A stretch of 62,686 bases of DNA, taken from the NCBI GenBank assembly GCA_937900875.1, contig CALCGD010000245.1:1-62686 (forward strand), written 5' to 3'. The stretch is from an uncultured Flavobacteriales bacterium (GTDB taxonomy: Bacteria > Bacteroidota > Bacteroidia > UBA10329). Under the pieces are notes generated by a model that was not told the origin of the DNA, searched no databases, and worked only from the letters and a program-made list of their open reading frames with translations. Below, in pieces: positions 22,101 to 30,987 of the stretch. The position numbers were made by a program, and so were the translations under genes. Numbering within the stretch: position 1 is the first letter of the stretch; the number at the start of each line of letters is the position of its first letter.

Positions 22101-22552
22101 TTAACAATACAACTGTTAATGGAGTTGATTATGACTGGGATTTTGGCGATGGAAACTTCTCCACAGAAACAGATCCAATGAACTCTTATCCTGCGGAAGG
22201 AGATTATTTGGTAACCATGTTAGCGATTAACGGAATCTGTACTGCAACAATTTCTCAAATTGTTCATATCGACCCAGAGACGTTCATCTATATTCCAAAT
22301 TCCTTTACCCCAAACGGGGATAGATTGAATGATGGTTTTACCGCAAAGGGAATTGGTATTGAGAAGTTCTCCATGTCTATTTATGATAGATGGGGCAAAG
22401 AGCTTTTCTTTTCTGCGAGGATAGATTCTCCGTGGAACGGAACGTATAAGGGCATGGATTGTCCTGTAGAGGTTTACGTTTACCGTGTTGATATTATTGA
22501 TGTAAAAGGAGAAAATAGAAGCTTCTGCGGAAGCGTCAACCTTGTTAGATAA
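19172..22552 (+). CDS. T9SS type B surface protein with N-terminal L-type (legume) lectin-like domain and PKD repeats
   Basis: GADGIAFV, SLIVEIDTW and VYWGWTGGTG lectin motifs; about 7 PKD repeats; CTD YIPNSFTPNGDRLND..YDRWG. Confidence 0.9.
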   Translation: MQSFKVNLRTIFFTVLAAFFSLQADAQYQINGDANQISCNCYQLTQDVGWSGGSVWNVNQIDLTNPFNYNFEVWLDCDEWGADGIAFVLQPVNVNQGGGSSSLGYGGIDPSLIVEIDTWPNDVTMADPPQDHIAIMQNGDSNHASANNLAGPVVASSTQNNIEDCAWHTIQIIWEPSLNTLAVFFDGVFRTSFTGNVINTIFGGNPNVYWGWTGGTGSESADQRFCNAILPDYTLTSTSTCVGDQINFADASLTSSGNISNYTWDFGDGTTGAGAPVSHTYNSAGNFDVTLSITTEGCSEDTIIPITIDPTPVVDLGPDLAICDGQSVQLNNPNTLGSGTYAWSPITDLSSASAPSPTSTTLVDRDYQLSFTSSNGCSGSDVVHVTVNPLPTANAGADQTMCEGDQIGLQASGGVSYSWSPIGSLNNALISNPIASPVATTVYTVTATDANNCTDADDITIDVVPAPVLDGGQNENICEGDAVQLNAIGIGTFLWTGTDLTDVNIANPVATPTTTITYYVSLIDANNCSSLDSVLVDVDPIPVANFADPVAVCDGNAVQFNDASTGTITTYNWDFGDGNLGSGPNPTHIYPSIGIYPVSLTTISANGCSAFTTGSAEVIVGPIPNFSIANGPDFCEREQLDITNNSNGPIVSYLWNFGNGTTSTDMVPEYDYPLYGDFTVTLTVGTADQCFNSLTEDISVNPIPSTNFSSTPACFGEATGFTDLSTIPEGTVDGWEWSFGDGSTIAYGQNPTHTYTNFGPFSVTLISQSDVGCRDTVQFGVYVNPTPVVDISANDGCLGDGAFFTNSTVPNDNTIAQWNWDFGDGINADVFEPIHTYSAYGNYTTQLTAVTDSGCVGISTTDLEIYPYPTAAFSFSEYEGCAPVLVNFADESTVPTNYSIGSYEWLFGDGTTASSISPNHTYTSPAIYDLSLIVTTAGGGCADTLTLPGAMSIYVTPTASFTYGPTDATMLDPRIRFNNTTVNGVDYDWDFGDGNFSTETDPMNSYPAEGDYLVTMLAINGICTATISQIVHIDPETFIYIPNSFTPNGDRLNDGFTAKGIGIEKFSMSIYDRWGKELFFSARIDSPWNGTYKGMDCPVEVYVYRVDIIDVKGENRSFCGSVNLVR

Positions 22553-22577
22553 GGTTAGATATTCCTATTTTACACCC

Positions 22578-23396
22578 ATGAATTACTGTAAACCAAAAGG
22601 AGTTATTCTTTTTCTGCCATTCTTGTTGGTGGCTCTACTTTCTTCTTGTGACCCTGACACCCCAACTCCTCCAGATGAGATCATCCCAGGCCCTGTGGTT
22701 GGTTTGTCTTCATATCCGCTTGAGGTTGGTAACGAATGGGTCTACACAATGACCTTAGATGTGACCGGTGCGGAAAATAGTTATCAAGAGTTTGTGGTAG
22801 ATTTTGAAGTAGTGGCTGATACCGTAATTGACGGCATGCCCGCCAAAAAAGTAAAAAGTACCGAAACCGAAGGGCAAAATGCAGGAAACGATAGATTGGG
22901 ATATCGATTTTTGACTCAAACTTCGAGTGCTTTAGACTTTGTCGCTCTTAACGGGCCAACTACACAAGTATTTTTTAGGTTGAGTGAAGATTTGCTTGTT
23001 CCAAATTATTCGATGGTTGCTTTTGGACAAGCCAACATAAATGGAGTTGTTGTGCTAGATTCCGCTATACATTATATGAAGTTTCCTTCGGTTGATGGGA
23101 ATATTTGGAGGTCGAACGAATTTGGAGCTACCTCTGGTGCTGAATTCAAGCGTCAGTGGTCTGGTTTTTACACCGTTACAACCAGCGCTGGTGAGTTTGA
23201 TTGTATGAGAATGGATTTATTCGGAGATTATAATCAAGATAATCTGCCAGACTCGAATAGCATCTTTATTCAACAATACTTCTCTCCAGAATTTGGATTG
23301 ATTAAAGAAGTAGCAACATCAGAATTAAATTGGGGTTCAGGGCAGACTGGACAATATGTGCGTAATCTATCACTTACAAGTGTAAATGTTCAGTAA
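22578..23396 (+). CDS. Hypothetical lipoprotein
   Basis: Lipobox LLSSC; YPLEVGNEWVY and V...AGEF.C motifs. The ORF track starts at 22542. Confidence 0.75.
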   Translation: MNYCKPKGVILFLPFLLVALLSSCDPDTPTPPDEIIPGPVVGLSSYPLEVGNEWVYTMTLDVTGAENSYQEFVVDFEVVADTVIDGMPAKKVKSTETEGQNAGNDRLGYRFLTQTSSALDFVALNGPTTQVFFRLSEDLLVPNYSMVAFGQANINGVVVLDSAIHYMKFPSVDGNIWRSNEFGATSGAEFKRQWSGFYTVTTSAGEFDCMRMDLFGDYNQDNLPDSNSIFIQQYFSPEFGLIKEVATSELNWGSGQTGQYVRNLSLTSVNVQ

Positions 23397-23413
23397 ACAG
23401 ATTGGTTAAAGGT

Positions 23414-24064
23414 CTATCTGAAATCTACCACGTCAAATCCGTCTTCTTCAAAACTTTCCTGAGAAAACGTGAAAAGGCTATCGGCAACTCCAGCATCAGC
23501 TTTCATTCCCGTTACTTTTAACAAATAGTTGGTTCCATCTTTTCCAAAGGTTTTGGAAAAAACCACGTGATTGTTAGATTTATCAATGCCCATTCTTATT
23601 CTTGAATAGGTCTTTTTGCCGGGTTCTTCAGGAAACAAATCCACCACGTTTACATTCTTACCATCTTGTGATTCTTCTCCATAAAACTTGGCTTTATAGC
23701 CATTCTCATACTGACTAAAAAAGTTGGCCGGGTCAAGTTCGGTTTCTGCTTTAAATTCCTCGATTGATTTGATATGAACTTCTTGATCTTCCTTCATCAC
23801 ATACCAGACTATTTTGCCATCGCTGTAAATATCCTGCCCCATTAGTTGCAATCGGAATTTGGAGCCTACCATAGTTAACTCACCTTCTCTAGTATCGTTA
23901 ATCCCAGCGTCCTTGTTTTCCAACGTGTAGGTAAACGTCACATGTATGTCTTCGTACTCGCTGTGAGTGGCGCTAACAGCTTTAAGTATTTCTGATGCTT
24001 TCTCGTCTGACTGAGCAAAAAGCCCTAGCGGTAAAAGCATGATTAGTAATAAGGTTCTCAGCAT
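23414..24064 (-). CDS. LolA-like outer-membrane lipoprotein carrier protein
   Basis: YSDGKIVW motif, LolA-like length, located directly downstream of ftsK as is usual in Bacteroidota. Confidence 0.8.
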   Translation of the reverse strand: MLRTLLLIMLLPLGLFAQSDEKASEILKAVSATHSEYEDIHVTFTYTLENKDAGINDTREGELTMVGSKFRLQLMGQDIYSDGKIVWYVMKEDQEVHIKSIEEFKAETELDPANFFSQYENGYKAKFYGEESQDGKNVNVVDLFPEEPGKKTYSRIRMGIDKSNNHVVFSKTFGKDGTNYLLKVTGMKADAGVADSLFTFSQESFEEDGFDVVDFR

Positions 24065-24076
24065 TTTTTAAATTTC

Positions 24077-26494
24077 TCAACTATTGTTTTGCAACTTCTG
24101 TTCCAAACTCATTTCGTCTTGTATAAGTACCTGTCTGGCCTTGCTTCCCTCGAATGGACCAATAATGCCTGCAGCTTCCAATTGATCTACAATTCGACCA
24201 GCTCGGTTGTAGCCAAGTTTCAGCCTACGCTGTAACAATGATGCAGAGCCCTGTTGATGTTGCACCACAATTCTTGCAGCGTCTTCAAACAATACATCAC
24301 GATCGTCTAAATCAATTCCACCAACTTCACCACTCCCGCTTTCATCAATGTATTCTGGTAATTCAAACGCCATCGGATAAGCTTGTTGTGACCCAATGTA
24401 TTCACAAACTCTTTCTACTTCGGGCGTATCAATGAATGCGCACTGTAAACGAACAATGTCATTTCCAGTTGATAAGAGCATATCACCACGGCCAATTAAT
24501 TGGTCAGCACCGCCTGCATCTAAGATTGTGCGCGAGTCAATTTTAGATGTTACTCTAAATGCGATTCGCGCAGGGAAATTGGCTTTGATTGTTCCGGTAA
24601 TGATATTCACAGAAGGACGTTGAGTGGCAATAATCAAATGGATACCAATTGCTCTAGCAAGTTGTGCAAGTCTGGCAATAGGCGTTTCTACCTCTTTTCC
24701 AGCGGTCATAATCAAATCGGCAAATTCATCCACTACAAGAACGATATAAGGCAAAAATTTGTGCCCCTCCTTCGGATTCAATTTTCGAGCTACGAACTTG
24801 GTATTGTATTCTTTAAGATTTCGGCATTGTGCGTTTTTAAGCATCTCATACCTGTTATCCATTTCTAGACACAGCGAGTTTAGTGTAGTGACTACTTTTT
24901 GTGTGTCGGTTATGATTGCCTCCTCCGTATCTGGAAGTTTAGCCAGAAAATGACGTTCTATTTTATTGAACAGAGTCAACTCCACTTTTTTCGGGTCAAC
25001 AAGTACAAACTTTACCTGCGCTGGATGCTTTTTGTAGAGAATTGAGGCCAATACCGCGTTCAATCCTACAGATTTACCTTGACCAGTTGCACCGGCCATA
25101 AGCAGGTGAGGCATTTTTGTAAGGTCTGTAACGTACGTCTCATTCGAAATGGTCTTACCTAGGGCAATAGGAAGTTCCATTTTAGAATGCTGGAACTTTT
25201 CTGAGCTCAGTACCGCCTTCATCGAAACCGTGTCTGGATTCAGGTTCGGCACCTCAATACCAATTGTTCCCTTTCCAGGTATTGGCGCTATAATTCTAAT
25301 ACCCAATGCCGAAAGACTCAAGGCAATATCGTCCTCTAGATTCTTTATTTTGGAAATTCTAATTCCTGGAGCTGGAACTATTTCGTACAAAGTAACGGTA
25401 GGTCCAATTGTGGCTTTAATCCGTTCAATTTCAATATTGTAATTCCGAAGAGTGGAGACAATCTTGTTCTTATTTGACTCTAATTCTTCTTGATTAACCG
25501 AAATTTCTCCTTTACCGTACGCCTCTAATAAATCCAAGCCAGGTTTCTTGTAATGGCTTAAATCTAACGTAGGGTCATATTCACCCATTCCTTCACCGTC
25601 ATCTTCAGAAACAGTTTCTTCTTCAACCTCCGTTTTCTCTATTTCAAACTTTACATCTTCTCCAACTGGACTATCGTCCAGCGTAGGCGCATCAACAGGT
25701 GGGGTAAAACCAATTGGTGGTGTTACCTGGATAACTTCCGGTTCTACCTCTTTTGTTTCTGGCTGAATTTCAACCTCAGCTTTTTCATTCAAGCTAATGT
25801 CGTTGGTCTTAACCGTAACATCTGCTACAGGAGTAAATCCATCTTCGTCCTCTATTGGTTCAGGGTTTACGGTTTTTTTGGCGAATAGCTCCTTTATTCC
25901 GTCAACAGACAAATTGAAAACAACCGATAGGTAAACTGCTGATAGAAATAATAAAAGGAGCGCAGTTCCTGTCGAACCGACAAGGCTCGTGGTCCATCTA
26001 TTCAATTGATAACCGAGCCCTCCAGAGAGTGAAAAATTCTCAGAAAAAAGAAACCCCATTGTAAGCGGAAGGAGGTATAAAAAGAATAATGAGTGCTTAA
26101 ATGATTTGCCAAGTGGCAAAAAACTCTTCCGGAAAAGCACTTTAAAGCCCGTAATAAGTAGTAAAAAGGGCATTAGAAAAGCGGCAATTCCAAACCAAGA
26201 GTAGATGAACTTTTCGGCAATAGCAGCGCCAAATTTGCCCATCCAATTGTTCACTTTTTGATCGGGATTTGCGATAGTTTCTGCTAGTTCTTGAACTTGG
26301 CTTTGATCAGATGGACCGTCAACGAGATAAGAAATGAAGGATAATGTTAGGAATGCAGAAATAATTACCAGAAACAAGCCTGCAATAGTCCGTGTTCTAG
26401 AATCGCCCAAAATCTCTAAAAGGCCATTTTTACTACCTTTTTGCGACTTAGATTTAATCTCTTTCGTACTTGTTTTTCCTTGTTTGTCAGCCAT
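24077..26494 (-). CDS. ftsK: DNA translocase FtsK
   Basis: N-terminal TM helices; PHLLMAGATGQGKS Walker A; VDEFADL; ATQRPS; C-terminal gamma domain (LGYNRAGRIVDQLE). Confidence 0.97.
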   Translation of the reverse strand: MADKQGKTSTKEIKSKSQKGSKNGLLEILGDSRTRTIAGLFLVIISAFLTLSFISYLVDGPSDQSQVQELAETIANPDQKVNNWMGKFGAAIAEKFIYSWFGIAAFLMPFLLLITGFKVLFRKSFLPLGKSFKHSLFFLYLLPLTMGFLFSENFSLSGGLGYQLNRWTTSLVGSTGTALLLLFLSAVYLSVVFNLSVDGIKELFAKKTVNPEPIEDEDGFTPVADVTVKTNDISLNEKAEVEIQPETKEVEPEVIQVTPPIGFTPPVDAPTLDDSPVGEDVKFEIEKTEVEEETVSEDDGEGMGEYDPTLDLSHYKKPGLDLLEAYGKGEISVNQEELESNKNKIVSTLRNYNIEIERIKATIGPTVTLYEIVPAPGIRISKIKNLEDDIALSLSALGIRIIAPIPGKGTIGIEVPNLNPDTVSMKAVLSSEKFQHSKMELPIALGKTISNETYVTDLTKMPHLLMAGATGQGKSVGLNAVLASILYKKHPAQVKFVLVDPKKVELTLFNKIERHFLAKLPDTEEAIITDTQKVVTTLNSLCLEMDNRYEMLKNAQCRNLKEYNTKFVARKLNPKEGHKFLPYIVLVVDEFADLIMTAGKEVETPIARLAQLARAIGIHLIIATQRPSVNIITGTIKANFPARIAFRVTSKIDSRTILDAGGADQLIGRGDMLLSTGNDIVRLQCAFIDTPEVERVCEYIGSQQAYPMAFELPEYIDESGSGEVGGIDLDDRDVLFEDAARIVVQHQQGSASLLQRRLKLGYNRAGRIVDQLEAAGIIGPFEGSKARQVLIQDEMSLEQKLQNNS

Positions 26495-26507
26495 TCTACA
26501 TCGAACT

Positions 26508-26515
26508 CAAATGTA
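26508..26515 (-). promoter_or_regulatory. Sigma-A -7 element for ftsK
   Basis: Reverse complement reads TACATTTG, just upstream of the ftsK ATG. Confidence 0.55.
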
Positions 26516-26585
26516 ATAAAAACCCGAACAAACTTCTTGTCCAAGTAAGAGGCTAACGTACGGAGGAAAAGGATGTTTTTTGAGA

Positions 26586-27347
26586 TTAAAAACTTTGAAA
26601 AATATCAGCCATTTCTGCAACCGTAATTGGCTCGTATTCTTGCTGAGTCATAAACTCATCTTCAGCATATTCTTCAGCAACCACTTGGGTTGCGACCATA
26701 TGCATGTCAATATTAAACTTATTGACTTTCGCCTCCATCAACACTCCAGAAATTTCATGAAATGGTGTACACCAGTTAGGGTCTTCAATACCAATTTGAT
26801 TGGTGTAATAGATGTCGAAATTCTTAGTTGAGTCAGAATCGAAAGTTACCAATGCGTGGTTGCACATGTATCCCGCTATTTCTTTAGTTTTTTCCGTAGG
26901 GACTATGTTCATGCCCAAAGGCTTTTTGCCATACTCCTCCATAATTTCCATGCTGTCCATTTCCAGCCCAGAATATTTGTTGGCAATTTTCACAAGGTGC
27001 GTTACTTTTTTCTCTTTGTTGTTTGCAAGCAACGAGGTACTGAAAATGGCCATTTTGGTCTTCAGCTCATTCTTAGTGTTGTTGTTTTTAAATTTAAAGG
27101 TCATTTCACTCGGAAACATGGAAGTGAAAATATTATCTTCTTCAAACTGAGGATAGCTTAAGGCGTAAACAATCTTGCCCTCAGTTACGGACTGAACGGT
27201 AGGACTTCCGTCTTGCGTTGAACCGCAACCAGGAAATAAAATGAAGCCAACCACAAAAGTGGAAAGGAAAGTACCTAACAGTAAATTATTTCTCAAACGA
27301 ATTCTTTTTAAAGGGTTCCGTCCAAGTTCCGGTTTCAAGGGCAGCAA
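26586..27347 (-). CDS. Exported GLPGLI/DUF4412-like protein, possible lipoprotein
   Basis: TKEIAGYMC and GVLME motifs; hydrophobic leader with FPGC. The true start is probably TTG at 27296. Confidence 0.65.
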   Translation of the reverse strand: MLPLKPELGRNPLKRIRLRNNLLLGTFLSTFVVGFILFPGCGSTQDGSPTVQSVTEGKIVYALSYPQFEEDNIFTSMFPSEMTFKFKNNNTKNELKTKMAIFSTSLLANNKEKKVTHLVKIANKYSGLEMDSMEIMEEYGKKPLGMNIVPTEKTKEIAGYMCNHALVTFDSDSTKNFDIYYTNQIGIEDPNWCTPFHEISGVLMEAKVNKFNIDMHMVATQVVAEEYAEDEFMTQQEYEPITVAEMADIFQSF

Positions 27348-27450
27348 GATAGTAATTACTAAATATGAACATACAAGAATCGCTTATTTATTAACTATGT
27401 GAAACACGTAGTTACTTGGGCCTAAACAATAAGGGTTTTGACCTGAATTA

Positions 27451-28839
27451 CTAATAACCTAATGTTTTAAGCATGCTTTGGTGATTTTGTTCCTCTGCAA
27501 AAACTTCTGACTTCAGATTGCCATTTTCGTCCTTGTAAACAAGTATTTGTTTTGGTGATGGAATAAGGCAATGTTGAATTCCGCCATAGCCACCTAAAGC
27601 ATTTTGGTAAGCGCCAGTGTTGAAAAAGCCAATATAAAGTGGCTTTTCTGGGCTGTATTCTGGAAGATAGATGTTGTTTACATGCGCCTCAACATTATAG
27701 TAATCTTGACTATCGCAAGTTAGCCCACCAAGATTAACGCGTTCAAAAGGGTCGTCCCATCTATTTATTGCAAGCATAATAAACCGCTGATTAATGGCCC
27801 AACTGTCTGGAAGAGTGGTTATGAATGAGCTGTCAATCATGTTCCACCATTCCACATCGTTTTGTTTTTTTTGATCTATTATGGAATAAATGGCAGCACC
27901 GCTTTCTGCAACAGTATAACTTCCAAACTCTGAAAAAATGTTCGGCACAGGAACCCCTTGCTCAGCACAAAATTCTTTGATTTGACGAATAATTTCATCG
28001 GTCAAATACTGATAGTCAAATACCTCTGCAAGCGAATGCTTAATTGGGAAACCCCCACCAATATTTAGCGAATCGAGGGTAGGGCATTCTTTTTTTAAAT
28101 CGCAATATACCTTCAGGCATTTCTGTAATTCATTCCAATAGTATAGGCTGTCTTCAATGCCATTGTCAATAAAGAAGTGAAGCATTTTTAATTTAAAAAG
28201 CGGCTCCTTTTTTATCACGTTTACATAATAATCTTGGATTTCTCGATGACGAATTCCAAGGCGTGCTGTGTAATAATTGGATTGTGGCTCTTCTCCTGTT
28301 GCTATTCGGATTCCGATGTTACACTCTCTTTTTACCCTAGTCTTAAATTGGTCTAATTCAGTAAGGTTGTCTAAGACTGGGAGACTGTTGAAACCATCAT
28401 TTATAAGACCAGATATCAGATCAACATACAAATCGCGCTTGTATCCATTGTGCACAATAAAGGTGTTCTTGTCAATGAGATTCTGCTCAATTAGTTTATG
28501 TATGATATGAATATCAAAAGCAGACGAAGTTTCAAGGTGGATGTCATTCTTGAGGGCTTCGTTTAAAACGTACGAGAAATGTGAACTCTTTGTGCAGTAG
28601 CAAAATGTATAGTTGCCCACATAATCATGCTTAGTCATCGAATTTCGAAAGAAGCCTTTTGCATTCTGTATCTGTTCCGATATTTTGGGTAAATAACTCA
28701 GTTTTAATGGCGTGCCATATTGCTTAATGATGGACATAAGGTCAATCCCATGAAACTGCAATGAATTGTCTTTAACGTCAAACCCTTCTTGTGGAAATTC
28801 AAAGGTTTGTTCTATCAGATTGTAGTAGTTGTTCTCCAT
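27451..28839 (-). CDS. speA: Arginine decarboxylase (PLP-dependent, short Bacteroidota type)
   Basis: YCTKS PLP-lysine motif, HLETSS, LNIGGG, FSEFG, LTCDSQDYY, GAYQ..GG..HCL. Confidence 0.9.
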   Translation of the reverse strand: MENNYYNLIEQTFEFPQEGFDVKDNSLQFHGIDLMSIIKQYGTPLKLSYLPKISEQIQNAKGFFRNSMTKHDYVGNYTFCYCTKSSHFSYVLNEALKNDIHLETSSAFDIHIIHKLIEQNLIDKNTFIVHNGYKRDLYVDLISGLINDGFNSLPVLDNLTELDQFKTRVKRECNIGIRIATGEEPQSNYYTARLGIRHREIQDYYVNVIKKEPLFKLKMLHFFIDNGIEDSLYYWNELQKCLKVYCDLKKECPTLDSLNIGGGFPIKHSLAEVFDYQYLTDEIIRQIKEFCAEQGVPVPNIFSEFGSYTVAESGAAIYSIIDQKKQNDVEWWNMIDSSFITTLPDSWAINQRFIMLAINRWDDPFERVNLGGLTCDSQDYYNVEAHVNNIYLPEYSPEKPLYIGFFNTGAYQNALGGYGGIQHCLIPSPKQILVYKDENGNLKSEVFAEEQNHQSMLKTLGY

Positions 28840-28969
28840 TTTCGGGCGCTAAAGATGCAATTGATTTGTGATTTTGAAAGGGACGTCTCATTTATTTCAT
28901 GGCCTAATTATGTAAAACTGAACCCAATAAATCTTTTTTGAGCGATGTCAACGTTTAGCTTTCCTCAAA

Positions 28970-28977
28970 TACCTTTG
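28970..28977 (+). promoter_or_regulatory. Sigma-A -7 element, implying a near-leaderless transcript
   Basis: TACCTTTG ends 5 nt before ATG 28983. Confidence 0.5.
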
Positions 28978-28982
28978 ACCAC

Positions 28983-30506
28983 ATGATAAGCGATATAGAA
29001 AACATAGAGTTGAAATTTCTTACTCTGGATGATTACCAGGATTTGAGATTGGCCATGATCGATTCTTACACAACAATGCCGGATTCAGTTTGGAAAGAGG
29101 ATCACATTAAAACTTTAATTGATAGGTTTCCTGATGGACAAGTCGTGATTATGGTAAACGGCAATTTGGCAGGTTGTGCACTTTCCATTATTGTGGATTA
29201 TAACAGCTTTGATGCTAAACACACGTACAAGGATATTACTGGTAATTACACGTTTAGCACCCATACAGACAAGGGTGATGCACTTTACGGCATTGACGTG
29301 TTTATACATCCGGATTATCGTGGGTTACGCCTGGGAAGAAGACTTTATGATTATCGTAAAGAGCTTTGTGAGAGACTGAATTTGCGAGGAATAGCCTTTG
29401 GTGGACGCATACCCAACTATCACAAGTATGCAGAAGATATGTCCCCAAAGGAGTACATCGAAAAAGTGAAGCGTAGAGAGATTCACGACCCAGTGTTAAA
29501 TTTTCAGATGTCGAATGATTTTCACCCGCACAAAATCATGAAAGGTTACTTGGAAGGCGATGCGGCTTCTGGGGAGTATGCCGTTCTTCTTGAATGGGAC
29601 AATATCTATTACGAGAAAAAGAGCATGCGTGCAGCGGTTAACAAGAAAATTATTCGTCTTGGACTGGTGCAGTGGCAAATGCGACTTTATTCGGATTTTG
29701 ATGAGTTAATGCAACAGGCGGAGTATTTCATTGATGCAGTTTCGGGATATCGGTCAGATTTTGCGCTTTTTCCTGAGTTTTTCAATGCACCGTTGATGGC
29801 CGAGAATAACCACATGTCCGAATCTGAGGCTATACGAGAACTAGCCAAGCATACAGCAAATATCGTACAGAAATTTTCTGAATTAGCCATTTCATACAAC
29901 ATCAATGTTATAACCGGTAGCATGCCCGAAATTCGGGACGACTTACTCTATAATGTAGGCTATTTATGTAGACGAGATGGCACAATGGAGCGCTACGAAA
30001 AGCTGCATGTAACGCCAGATGAAGCTAAAGTATGGGGAATGCAGGGCGGAAATCAGCTGAAAGCATTTGACACGGATTGCGGAAAAATTGGAATACTCAT
30101 TTGTTATGATTCTGAATTCCCAGAGTTGAGTAGATTGCTTGCAGATGAAGGAATGGACATTCTATTTATCCCATTCTTAACAGATACCCAGAACGGATAT
30201 TCTAGAGTAAGAAACTGTGCTCAAGCAAGGGCAATTGAGAACGAGTGTTATGTAGCCATTGCGGGTAGCGTAGGTAATCTGCCAAAGGTCCATAATATGG
30301 ATATTCAATATGCACAGTCAATGGTATTTACACCATGCGATTTCTCGTTTCCGGCAAACGGAATTAAAGCTGAAGCCACGCCAAATACAGAAATGATTTT
30401 AATCGCAGATGTAGACATCGATCTACTTCGAGAATTGAATCAATTTGGTAGCGTGCGAAACTTACGCGATAGAAGAAAGGACATTTTTGAGTTGAAAAAG
30501 AGGTAA
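28983..30506 (+). CDS. Bifunctional GNAT N-acetyltransferase / carbon-nitrogen (nitrilase-family) hydrolase
   Basis: GNAT motif A HPDYRGLRLGRRLY; nitrilase triad FPEF, YEKLH, ICYDSEFPE. Confidence 0.9.
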   Translation: MISDIENIELKFLTLDDYQDLRLAMIDSYTTMPDSVWKEDHIKTLIDRFPDGQVVIMVNGNLAGCALSIIVDYNSFDAKHTYKDITGNYTFSTHTDKGDALYGIDVFIHPDYRGLRLGRRLYDYRKELCERLNLRGIAFGGRIPNYHKYAEDMSPKEYIEKVKRREIHDPVLNFQMSNDFHPHKIMKGYLEGDAASGEYAVLLEWDNIYYEKKSMRAAVNKKIIRLGLVQWQMRLYSDFDELMQQAEYFIDAVSGYRSDFALFPEFFNAPLMAENNHMSESEAIRELAKHTANIVQKFSELAISYNINVITGSMPEIRDDLLYNVGYLCRRDGTMERYEKLHVTPDEAKVWGMQGGNQLKAFDTDCGKIGILICYDSEFPELSRLLADEGMDILFIPFLTDTQNGYSRVRNCAQARAIENECYVAIAGSVGNLPKVHNMDIQYAQSMVFTPCDFSFPANGIKAEATPNTEMILIADVDIDLLRELNQFGSVRNLRDRRKDIFELKKR

Positions 30507-30544
30507 GAAACCGTAACTTGGATTGAGGCATAAACAGCGAGTCT

Positions 30545-30937
30545 ATGAAAATCAACCAGAATACTCTTCTAGCAATAATCCTCTTCAGTTTTGGCTGCCA
30601 AACTGAATCAGATCAATGGTCGCCATTAGATATACGAATGGTAGAGGCTGGAGCCAAAGCGGAATTGATTAATGCCAAAGAGGGCGATGTCGTGGCGTTT
30701 GACTCTGGTTCCCCTGAATTCCATATGTACGACTTAACGTACTATCATTCGTACGGTGGAAATCTCAAAGATTATCACGCCATTCTTGCTGGAGAAACCG
30801 AGTATTCCGAGGGTTTCTTTCGCTGGAAGGACGACACAACTATTGTCATGAAATTAATTGACTCTAAAACAGACAGCAGTAAAACGTTTGAATTGTTCGG
30901 CAACGGGTCTTCTTCAGGAATGACGATAGAAGACTGA
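30545..30937 (+). CDS. Small hypothetical lipoprotein
   Basis: Lipobox-like FSFGC after a hydrophobic stretch; 130 aa. Confidence 0.65.
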   Translation: MKINQNTLLAIILFSFGCQTESDQWSPLDIRMVEAGAKAELINAKEGDVVAFDSGSPEFHMYDLTYYHSYGGNLKDYHAILAGETEYSEGFFRWKDDTTIVMKLIDSKTDSSKTFELFGNGSSSGMTIED

Positions 30938-30987
30938 CTGAGACTCCTTTAGAAATAAGGGCCGCGAAACAGAAGCGGAATCAGTTC

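Noticed and set aside
30961-30980. CCGC...GCGG hairpin between convergent genes as a terminator
   Set aside because: The stem is only 4 bp with no clear U-tract, too weak to call
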